From positions 1 through 32,117 of the IMG/VR virus record IMGVR_UViG_3300014775_000960: DNA of 32,117 nucleotides. One strand, given 5' to 3'. This document shows positions 24,487 through 32,117 of this stretch, one piece after another. The notes beneath the pieces are model-generated. The model did no database searches. It saw only the letters and a program-made list of their open reading frames with translations, and had not been told where the DNA came from. This stretch comes from a virus. Taxonomy: Duplodnaviria; Caudoviricetes. The position numbers and the translations under genes are program-made. The first letter of the stretch is position 1. Each line of letters starts with the position of its first letter.

Positions 24487-24487
24487 A

Positions 24488-27400
24488 ATGGCTTATTCTT
24501 TTGCACCAGTAGCTGATGGACGTGTGCAAGCAAGACCGTCTACATTATCTGCTGCATATTCTCAAATAAGTCGTTTTAAAGATCCTATTATGGCTATGCC
24601 ACATTTTGTTCAGGACTGGTTTTCTGAAAGAGAGCAGTTTGATAGGACAATAGAGCCTATGTTTAATGCTATAGCTGAAGATTTAAAACTTACAAAATCA
24701 GAATATTTGTTTAATAAGAAAAAAGAATTATTCAGAAAAGATCTTAAAGATAGAAATGTTTTTCAGAATGTTACTTTTGGTCAGAACTTTACAGCCGCAT
24801 TTTTAAATCCAACATCATATGTCCCTGTGTTCAGGGCATTGAAGGCAGGAACAATCTTAGGTGGTGCTACTAATTTTTCTTTGACTGCGGGTGCTATTTC
24901 TGCTGCTGAAGAGCTTCCTAGAGCTTTAGTATACGATAATTATGATCCTCGAGAAGGTGCTTTTTATGTTGCTTCTAATGCTGCATTTGGTTTTGGTTTT
25001 GGTGGCGTTATTAAAGGAGCGCAAATTGCTATAACAAATGGCTTCGATACAACTCATAGAGCATTAAATTTGCATGCCCAAACAATTAGAGAACAAGAAA
25101 TATTTATTAAAAAAGAAAAAGATTTACCAAGATTATCAAAAAAAGTCAGAAATCAATATGTTGATTATACTGATACTAGATTAAGAGCGGAAGCTATGGC
25201 TAATCATGGTCAAGCTATGGGCAAACAAAAAAAGCTTGAGGCTGCATTAAGAGGGAATGTTGCTGGTTTTGATGCTAACCCTTTAGCTATTGAAACAATG
25301 CAAAGAGACATAGCTAGTTTGTTAAATACAAGAGACAAAATGAATACAGAATTGGCAGCTAGAAGGCTAGACAAAGGTTTATCTAGAATTGATAATCCTT
25401 ATAGTTTGGCAAAAAGTTTTTATGATACTATTGATATTTTACCTACGCCAATGAAAACAATATTGCGTAGAACCGCAAAACCAACTGATTCTAGAAAATT
25501 TAAAAATGCTTTAAATAATTTTCATAGAACAGCTTTGTTGATAGCAAATGATAGTTCACTTTTATATTCTGGCACACAATTTGGTCTTTCATTACCACCA
25601 AGTGTAGCTATTAAAAATAATTTACGAAAAGCAGATTTATATACTTTTGAAAAAGGTATGACAAATCTTTGGCAAAAACATTATGACATGAAAGAAACAA
25701 TGTTTTTTCCAGAAACTCAGCAAAAAATAAGTGGTCAAGGTATTGGTTTAGACGAGTGGATGGACGCTTTAAATATAAGAAGAATAGCAGGTGATGTTGC
25801 TAATTTAACTACAGAAGAATCTGCTGCTATTGAATTAATAGAACAATATTTTAAAAAAATGAAACAAGAAGGAATAGATTCAGGAGTTTTAGGGTCTACA
25901 GATTTCTTGGGTATGCGTGTTATTGCAAAAGAAACAGAAATAGATTTAGCGCAAGTAAAATTACAAACAATTTTAGCTAAAGAGCCACCTAAAAGTGCAA
26001 AAGGATTAGCTCAAAGAGAAGACCAAATAAAATATTGGGAAGAAAGGGTTAAAGGGCTTCGAGAAGAACTTGGTGAACTTTCTACTAATCTAGAATATTT
26101 AAAAAATGCTGAGTTTAAAACATCAGGGCCTGATGAGCCATTTTTTATGCGTGAGTTTGATTCAGAAGCTATAGCTAAAGATGAACTTGGTCCTAAAATA
26201 TTTAGAAAAACATTATTAGAGCATGTAAAAAAGAATCCAAACGGTTTTGAATATAATAAAAAAAGTGGTTTATGGGAAGCAAAAGATTTTTCTAATAAAC
26301 CTGCTGCTCAAAGTGATTATGTTGATGCTATTATAAGAGGTATTACATCTGAACCTGATGGAACAACAGGTGTAACAAGAGATAGCGTTCATTATCCTAG
26401 TAGAAATTTAACAATACCTAATAAAGATATATTACCATTTATAAATACTAGTGTTCGAGACATTATTCGAAAATATAATATTAAAATAGGATCTAAAATA
26501 GATTTTGCTAATCAATTTGGAAATAAAACATTTAAAGAAGTTGCTGATGAAGCAACAGATGATTTAATTACAAATGGAATGTCAGTAAAAGAAGCAAATG
26601 CCCTTAGAAAAAATCTTACAATATTATATAGGCGTGTAACTGCAACTTCCATTTCGGACCCTACAAGTCTTACCAATAGATCCGTACAATTTTTAAAAGA
26701 ATTTACCTCATTAAACTATTTAGGTTCTGCAGGGCCTACTGCTTTAGGTGATATTCCTAAAATTATTATGGAACAAGGTTTTAGAAACACTGTTAAAGGT
26801 CTAGTTTCTATATTTGATAATCCAGAATTTAATAAACAGTTTCATCAAGTAAAAGAAATTTACGCTGAAGCATTAGAGTTATCTCTTGGATTTGTTCAAC
26901 GTCAAATTCTTGAAGAGTCTGGTTCTACTGTAGGCAGTAAAGCTTGGGATAGTATTAAACAGGGTGGTTTTATTTTAAATGGTTTAGGACCAATGACTGT
27001 TGGCCTTAAAGGTTTAAGCGGCGTTCTTTCTGTTCATAGATTTGTTGAAACATCTATAAAGGTTAGCAATGGTTCTGCTTCTAAATTTGATTTAGAGTAT
27101 CTTGCTAGACATGGCATCGATGTAATTACTGCGAAGGAAATCGCTAAAGCCCCAGTACAAAGAACTAAAGGTTTAAATAAAGGCCTTATTATTTCTAATA
27201 TAGAAGAATGGGGAGACAAAGGCATTTCTTTAGAAACACAAATAAAATTCAAAGCTGCTGTAAATCAGTCAGTAAACAACACAATACTTAGCTCTTCTCC
27301 TGCAACTAGATTTACCTATGCAGATGGTTCTATCTTTTTGCCTCTTAATCAAGCGACTAAAATGTTTCCTTTGTTTAAAGAAGATCCTGATTTTCCGGGC

Positions 27401-27958
27401 TATGTGCGTTTAGAATCAGGTGTAATGACTTTACCATTTCAGTTTTACAACTGGTCAATGTCTGCTGCTACGAACATTTTACATACTGCGGCTCAAGGTC
27501 AGATAAAAAATAGATATGGTGGTTTTGCTGCTATGTTAGGCATTGGTTATTTAATGGCTAAGATAAGAACGCCAGAATATGTTTGGGATCAACTTGACTC
27601 TGATCAAAAGTTTTTAGCGGCTATAGAACGTAGTGGTATATCATCTGTTTATGGTGATGTAGCAATGAATAGTATTCGAGCATTAACTCAAGCAGGAATT
27701 AATGATCCTAACAATGATACTTTTAATTTAGCTTTTTATGGCAGAGATGGTTATACAGAAGCTGCTACTACTATTTTAGGTTCTGGTGTTTCAACAATTA
27801 AAGATTTTAGTGATGGTGTTATTGATGTTTATTCGGGTGAATATGGAAGTGCATTAAAAGAATTTTATTTAATGTTGCCATATTCTGAATTGTTTTGGCT
27901 TAAAGAAGATTCAAGAGCAATGATTAATAATCTTGCTAGAACAATAGATTCGAATTAA
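24488..27958 (+). CDS. Large internal virion (ejectosome) protein, gp16-like
   Basis: 1156 aa; hydrophobic Gly-rich segments, LPFQFY and AIERSG C-terminal motifs; synteny. Confidence 0.7.
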   Translation: MAYSFAPVADGRVQARPSTLSAAYSQISRFKDPIMAMPHFVQDWFSEREQFDRTIEPMFNAIAEDLKLTKSEYLFNKKKELFRKDLKDRNVFQNVTFGQNFTAAFLNPTSYVPVFRALKAGTILGGATNFSLTAGAISAAEELPRALVYDNYDPREGAFYVASNAAFGFGFGGVIKGAQIAITNGFDTTHRALNLHAQTIREQEIFIKKEKDLPRLSKKVRNQYVDYTDTRLRAEAMANHGQAMGKQKKLEAALRGNVAGFDANPLAIETMQRDIASLLNTRDKMNTELAARRLDKGLSRIDNPYSLAKSFYDTIDILPTPMKTILRRTAKPTDSRKFKNALNNFHRTALLIANDSSLLYSGTQFGLSLPPSVAIKNNLRKADLYTFEKGMTNLWQKHYDMKETMFFPETQQKISGQGIGLDEWMDALNIRRIAGDVANLTTEESAAIELIEQYFKKMKQEGIDSGVLGSTDFLGMRVIAKETEIDLAQVKLQTILAKEPPKSAKGLAQREDQIKYWEERVKGLREELGELSTNLEYLKNAEFKTSGPDEPFFMREFDSEAIAKDELGPKIFRKTLLEHVKKNPNGFEYNKKSGLWEAKDFSNKPAAQSDYVDAIIRGITSEPDGTTGVTRDSVHYPSRNLTIPNKDILPFINTSVRDIIRKYNIKIGSKIDFANQFGNKTFKEVADEATDDLITNGMSVKEANALRKNLTILYRRVTATSISDPTSLTNRSVQFLKEFTSLNYLGSAGPTALGDIPKIIMEQGFRNTVKGLVSIFDNPEFNKQFHQVKEIYAEALELSLGFVQRQILEESGSTVGSKAWDSIKQGGFILNGLGPMTVGLKGLSGVLSVHRFVETSIKVSNGSASKFDLEYLARHGIDVITAKEIAKAPVQRTKGLNKGLIISNIEEWGDKGISLETQIKFKAAVNQSVNNTILSSSPATRFTYADGSIFLPLNQATKMFPLFKEDPDFPGYVRLESGVMTLPFQFYNWSMSAATNILHTAAQGQIKNRYGGFAAMLGIGYLMAKIRTPEYVWDQLDSDQKFLAAIERSGISSVYGDVAMNSIRALTQAGINDPNNDTFNLAFYGRDGYTEAATTILGSGVSTIKDFSDGVIDVYSGEYGSALKEFYLMLPYSELFWLKEDSRAMINNLARTIDSN

Positions 27959-27981
27959 GAAAGGTATAGTAAGGAGCTAAA

Positions 27982-30237
27982 ATGACAATAGTTATTGCAA
28001 ACAACAATCCAAGGGTGAATTATACCGTTGCCCAAGGAGCAACGCAAAGTAGTTTTACTATTCCATTTGATTTTTTTGAAACAGATGAAGTAAAATTATA
28101 TGTCGATGGCGTTCTCAAAAGTATAACAACTCATTATACTGTAAGTGGTGGATCTGGCACTACTGGAACCATAACAATGGTATCGGCTATCACAGGCGGC
28201 ACTGGCGGCACAAAAGTAGCGGTTGTGCGCGACATTCCAATAGAACGAATTACAAATTTCGCTTCTGGGCAAGCAATAAGCAGAGATGCTTTAAATGAGC
28301 AGTTGGATACTTTAACTGCTTTAGCTGCTGATTTAGATGATCGTGTATCTAGAACAGTGCGGCAAAATGATTATGAGGTTACAACCGATTTAACTTTACC
28401 TGTTGCAGCAGATAGAGCTGATAAAATTTTAGCATTTAATTCTAGTGGTGATATTTCTATGGGAACCTCTAGTTCCTTAGATTTAAATTTAGACACTGTA
28501 ACTATTGCAACTATAAACTCTACTAGTGACTTAGATTTAAAACCGTCAGGTGGTCAGGTTAATATTCTTGGTACTGCGGGACAGGAAAGAATAAAATTTA
28601 ACAATGACGCTACTCCTTCTATGTTTGCTTATGGCAGTTTTATTATTGATGGCGATAGTGCTGTTTCAATAAACAGTGGTGGCACATTTACTGTTGATGC
28701 TTCTGGCGACATAAACATGGACGCTGATGGTGGTGATGTTCGTTTTAAAGATAACGGAACAACTCAGTATACATTTAGAATGACAGGAAATCCAAGGCTA
28801 TTATCTCATCAAAATGGTTTTTTAATTGAAGCTGCCTCAAATGGAGACATAGATATTCAAGCTGATGGAGGTCAGGTTAATATTCTCGGTACAAGTGGCG
28901 ATCAGCGCATTACTTTTGATAATGATGCTACTCCTACTATGCAATATTATCAAAACAGTTATAATGTAAGTTTAGGTTCTGATACACTTACCGCCAACAG
29001 GACAATTACTTTACCTGATGCTAGCGGTACAGTTTTATTAGCTAATGGTGATGGCAGTGGTTTAACAGGCGTACAGCCAGATATTAATGATGCTGACCCA
29101 GACTCAAGTTCTCAGCATTATATTGTAGGCGTTGCTTCCACTGGTTCTGGTGAAAAAACATTAGAGATGGATGGTGGTATTACTTTTACTCCATCTAGTA
29201 ATAGAATGACTATGCAGCAGTTAGCAATTTATGGCGCGCCAACTGGCACTGGCTATATTATGTTTGAAGGTGCAACTGAAAATGCATTTGAAACATTTAT
29301 TTATGCGGTAGACCCTACAGCTGATAGGGCTATTTATTTTCCAGATAAAGGTGGAACACTTTTAATAGATGTTGTTGATGATACAACACCACAGCTAGGC
29401 GGCGACTTAGCTTCTAATGGTAATGACATTCTTTTTGCTGATAATGACAAAGCTAAGTTTGGCGATAGTGGCGATTTAGAAATTTTTCACGATAGTTTTA
29501 AATCTATAATTACAGATGTTGGAACTGGTCAATTAGCTATTCGCGGAGAAAATAGCATTGTTTTAGAGGAAACAGATGGAACTAATTATGTTTCTTGTGT
29601 TAAAGATGGAACTGTTGCTTTATATTATGCAGGTACAGAAACTTTTAAAACTACTTCTACTGGTGTAGATGTTACTGGTAATGTTGAGTTTGATGATAAT
29701 GGTAAAGCTATTTTTGGCGCAGGGTCTGACCTACAAATTTACCATGATGGTAGTCGCAGCATAATTCAAGATAATGGGACGGGCAATCTTAGAATACAAG
29801 CTAACAATTTAGAGTTAAACAATGCTGATAACAGTGAAAACTATTTGTTTGCCGCTAATAACGGTGCAGTAACTCTGTATTATGATAATGTAGCTAAACT
29901 CGCTACTACCTCCGCAGGTGTTGACATAACTGGCACAGCAACAGCAACACAATTTACTGCTACTTCAGATTTAGCTAAGAAAGAAAACTTGGAAGTTGTA
30001 CATAATGCGCTTAACAAAGTAAAAACTCTTACTGGCTATACTTATAACATGAAAGAAGATGGCAGTCGTAAGGCAGGTCTTATAGCGCAAGATGTTGAAA
30101 AAATATTACCAGAAGCTGTAAGTGGTGAAGAAGGTAATAAAGCATTAGATTACAGTGCCACAATAGCTTTACTAGTTAATGCTATTAAAGAACAGCAAGA
30201 ACAAATAAATTATTTAAGAAGGGAAATTGAGGCATGA
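27982..30237 (+). CDS. Tail fibre with T7 gp17-like N-terminus, internal repeats and a C-terminal intramolecular chaperone (peptidase S74)
   Basis: N-terminal FTIPFDF...LNEQLD; C-terminal TSDLAKKENL...GLIAQDVEKILPEAV...LLVNAIKEQ. Confidence 0.9.
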   Translation: MTIVIANNNPRVNYTVAQGATQSSFTIPFDFFETDEVKLYVDGVLKSITTHYTVSGGSGTTGTITMVSAITGGTGGTKVAVVRDIPIERITNFASGQAISRDALNEQLDTLTALAADLDDRVSRTVRQNDYEVTTDLTLPVAADRADKILAFNSSGDISMGTSSSLDLNLDTVTIATINSTSDLDLKPSGGQVNILGTAGQERIKFNNDATPSMFAYGSFIIDGDSAVSINSGGTFTVDASGDINMDADGGDVRFKDNGTTQYTFRMTGNPRLLSHQNGFLIEAASNGDIDIQADGGQVNILGTSGDQRITFDNDATPTMQYYQNSYNVSLGSDTLTANRTITLPDASGTVLLANGDGSGLTGVQPDINDADPDSSSQHYIVGVASTGSGEKTLEMDGGITFTPSSNRMTMQQLAIYGAPTGTGYIMFEGATENAFETFIYAVDPTADRAIYFPDKGGTLLIDVVDDTTPQLGGDLASNGNDILFADNDKAKFGDSGDLEIFHDSFKSIITDVGTGQLAIRGENSIVLEETDGTNYVSCVKDGTVALYYAGTETFKTTSTGVDVTGNVEFDDNGKAIFGAGSDLQIYHDGSRSIIQDNGTGNLRIQANNLELNNADNSENYLFAANNGAVTLYYDNVAKLATTSAGVDITGTATATQFTATSDLAKKENLEVVHNALNKVKTLTGYTYNMKEDGSRKAGLIAQDVEKILPEAVSGEEGNKALDYSATIALLVNAIKEQQEQINYLRREIEA

Positions 30238-30785
30238 CAGTAACTCTAAGCGGTAATGGTGTTTCACCTTTTGATGAAGTAACTCTTTCTACAGATGCGG
30301 CTTCTGTTGAAATTGATATTCGAGATGACACTTCACAGAATATTATTCTTGTTTCGGGGACTGTAGGTGCTGATACTGATAATGTTTACGGACGTTTTAA
30401 ATTGTTGGATAGCGGTGGTAGTGACATTAACAATGCTAGAGGCAGAATGATGAGTTCTGGAACAACTTCCACAAGTTATTGGAATTTAAGTGCATTAGCT
30501 ACAAATTATTATGGATTGGGAAATAGTAATGCAGACACTAATATTGCGGGTGAAAGATTGAGTTTTATGACTTGGATTACTTGTTCCCAAAATGCGAGTG
30601 AACCTTTTTATGATGTAGGGATGCAAGGTTTTATTGTAAGTCATGGTACTGGCACAACTACTTATCTTAGCAGAGCTGGCAATTACTATGAAGGAACGGC
30701 TGACCCTCGTAAATTTAAAGTTTATTTTTCTTCTGGCAATGTATCAACTGCCAGTCTTAAATCTTACATTATAGGAACAGATTAA
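30234..30785 (+). CDS. Tail-fibre-associated beta-rich protein
   Basis: Ser/Thr/Gly-rich ORF coupled to the fibre gene. Confidence 0.55.
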   Translation: MTVTLSGNGVSPFDEVTLSTDAASVEIDIRDDTSQNIILVSGTVGADTDNVYGRFKLLDSGGSDINNARGRMMSSGTTSTSYWNLSALATNYYGLGNSNADTNIAGERLSFMTWITCSQNASEPFYDVGMQGFIVSHGTGTTTYLSRAGNYYEGTADPRKFKVYFSSGNVSTASLKSYIIGTD

Positions 30786-31102
30786 TGGGTGCTTATACAA
30801 TTACGCGAGCAAAAGGCGATGGTACTTTTGACCTTGTGAAAATAGATACAAAAACAAATGAAGAAACAATAGTTGGCAATGTTACTGATGCTCAGTATCC
30901 CAATGGTAGAGAGAGTGATGATGAAGTCGCGGAAAGAAATAGAAGTTTTCGCAATGACAAACTTGCTGAAACAGATTGGTGGGCAAACTCAGATGTTACT
31001 ATGACTGAAGCGCAAAGAGCTTATCGAGTTGCTTTGAGAGATTTACCTACTCATTCTAACTGGCCTAATCTAAGTGATAGTGATTGGCCTACAAAGCCTT
31101 AA
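30785..31102 (+). CDS. Phage tail (fibre) assembly chaperone
   Basis: RNDKLAETDWW...YRVALRDLP...WPTKP motif. Confidence 0.85.
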   Translation: MGAYTITRAKGDGTFDLVKIDTKTNEETIVGNVTDAQYPNGRESDDEVAERNRSFRNDKLAETDWWANSDVTMTEAQRAYRVALRDLPTHSNWPNLSDSDWPTKP

Positions 31103-31114
31103 TCGGATGATAAT

Positions 31115-31474
31115 TTGGACGGTTTACCTAAAGTATCAATTGGCATTATTGGGGTAGTTATACTTCAAATTGGTGGTTTTATTTGGTGGACTGCACAACA
31201 GGCATCAACAATATCTAATCTTGAATCTACTGTTTCTCAGCTTTCCGCACAATCTGAGGTGCAAGACAAAGTAAATATGCAAAGAGATATATTAGCTAAT
31301 GCTGATAGATTAGATGATATTGAGCTTGATATAAATGATGTTTGGGATGATCTTGAAATGGCTTGGGATGATCTTGAGGGGATGACTCAACACATGATGG
31401 AGATTGTTAAATTGCAATCTCGCATAGCAATATTAGAAAAGACACTAGAGTTTACGCGTAAAGATGGGATGTAG
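31115..31474 (+). CDS. Membrane-anchored coiled-coil protein
   Basis: N-terminal TM helix then heptad pattern; TTG start. Confidence 0.65.
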   Translation: MDGLPKVSIGIIGVVILQIGGFIWWTAQQASTISNLESTVSQLSAQSEVQDKVNMQRDILANADRLDDIELDINDVWDDLEMAWDDLEGMTQHMMEIVKLQSRIAILEKTLEFTRKDGM

Positions 31475-31476
31475 TT

Positions 31477-31932
31477 ATGGACCCATTGACAATATTAGCA
31501 GGTTTAAAAACAGGACTTGCAGCAGGTAAAACTATTGCTTCTTTATCAAAAGATATTGGTAAATTTTTTGATGCAACAGATGCAGCAAAGAAAACACTTC
31601 AACAAAAAGGTGTGTCTGCAAAAAGCACAAACTCTACAGCATTAGACAGATGGGCTAAGTTGCGTCAGGCTGCTGAAGCTGAGGAAGAACTTAAAGAATG
31701 GATAACTCAAACCTATGGCAGATCTAAATACTTAGAGCTTTTAAAGATAAGGCGTGAGGTTTTAGCAGAAAAGCGTGAGGCAGAGGCTCAGGCGAGGCGT
31801 GAGGCTATAGAACGTCAGGAGATGATGGTTACCATAGCAGGAATCGTTGTGCTGCTCCTGTTCTCAGCTGTTGGCTCTATGGCCTATATGCATTATATGG
31901 GTTGGATTGACGTTAGAGATTGGATGAGGTGA
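31477..31932 (+). CDS. Hypothetical protein with C-terminal TM helix
   Basis: MDPLT start, coiled coil, hydrophobic C-terminus. Confidence 0.7.
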   Translation: MDPLTILAGLKTGLAAGKTIASLSKDIGKFFDATDAAKKTLQQKGVSAKSTNSTALDRWAKLRQAAEAEEELKEWITQTYGRSKYLELLKIRREVLAEKREAEAQARREAIERQEMMVTIAGIVVLLLFSAVGSMAYMHYMGWIDVRDWMR

Positions 31933-32081
31933 GATTAGTTGAAGTTAAGTACAATAGATGGGTTGTATATACAGATGATAATAAATTAGTTATACAAGTA
32001 AGTGATGCAAAGATAGCAAGGAAATTTTTAGATGGTAAAGATAACAGCAAACGCAATAGACCAACTGAAGATACTACCTAG
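31929..32081 (+). CDS. Small hypothetical protein, 50 aa (not in ORF track)
   Basis: GTG start overlapping the previous stop; MRLVEVKYNRWVVYTDDNKLVIQVSDAKIARKFLDGKDNSKRNRPTEDTT*. Confidence 0.55.
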   Translation: MRLVEVKYNRWVVYTDDNKLVIQVSDAKIARKFLDGKDNSKRNRPTEDTT

Positions 32082-32117
32082 ACTAGCATTTCTTTGTCAG
32101 ATTGTTTTGACTTGGAA
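32032..32117 (+). CDS. 5' part of the holin-like gene that continues at position 1
   Basis: ATG at 32032 with AAGGA SD; the frame continues through the terminal repeat. Confidence 0.75.
   Translation, partial: MVKITANAIDQLKILPRLAFLCQIVLTW
32096..32117. repeat. Terminal direct repeat copy 2
   Basis: Identical to 1-22. Confidence 0.95.

Noticed and set aside
11979-27252. Short alternative-frame and antisense ORFs inside the late genes (and similar ones at 1213-5834)
   Set aside because: Nested in long genes with clear motifs; no independent signals
16620-27981. Shared late-promoter consensus from TATGAT (16648) and TATAGT (27965), with TATGCT (9032)
   Set aside because: -10-like hexamers are common in AT-rich DNA and I found no shared upstream motif
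28530-29940. Tail fibre repeats as the template/variable repeats of a diversity-generating retroelement
   Set aside because: No reverse transcriptase in the genome; both copies are in-frame coding and the differences are not adenine-specific

Overview
The window is an apparently complete, circularly permuted genome (~32,095 bp; the 22 nt at 1-22 recur at 32096-32117 and an ORF reads across the join) of an AT-rich tailed phage with a podovirus-type virion module. The gene content resembles marine HTVC010P/BPP-1-type phages; an alphaproteobacterial host is inferred, not shown. The minus-strand early arm (946-7881) encodes a DUF932 protein, Zn-finger proteins, a Cro-like HTH regulator, an Hjc-like resolvase, a YqaJ exonuclease, ERF and an SSB-like protein. 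The plus-strand late arm (8513-32095, continuing 1-957) encodes TerS, a cluster of small mostly basic proteins with an HNH, TerL, portal, scaffold, capsid, tail tube A/B, three internal virion proteins, tail fibre and chaperone, holin-like proteins and an M15 endolysin. I recognise no polymerase, primase, helicase, initiator or integrase. The most unusual part is 6770-8460, which holds two large, densely base-paired non-coding elements. One is a closed six-hairpin multiloop at 6773-6984; the other is a ~275-nt branched rod at 7920-8193 with repeated GCAGGTTAACAG motifs, followed by a hairpin train. They flank two orphan genes and are candidates for an undescribed phage structured RNA and/or a host-primed replication origin. 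An 18-bp palindromic operator also overlaps two sigma70-like promoters. All pairings were found by eye and all protein calls rest on recalled motifs, not database searches.
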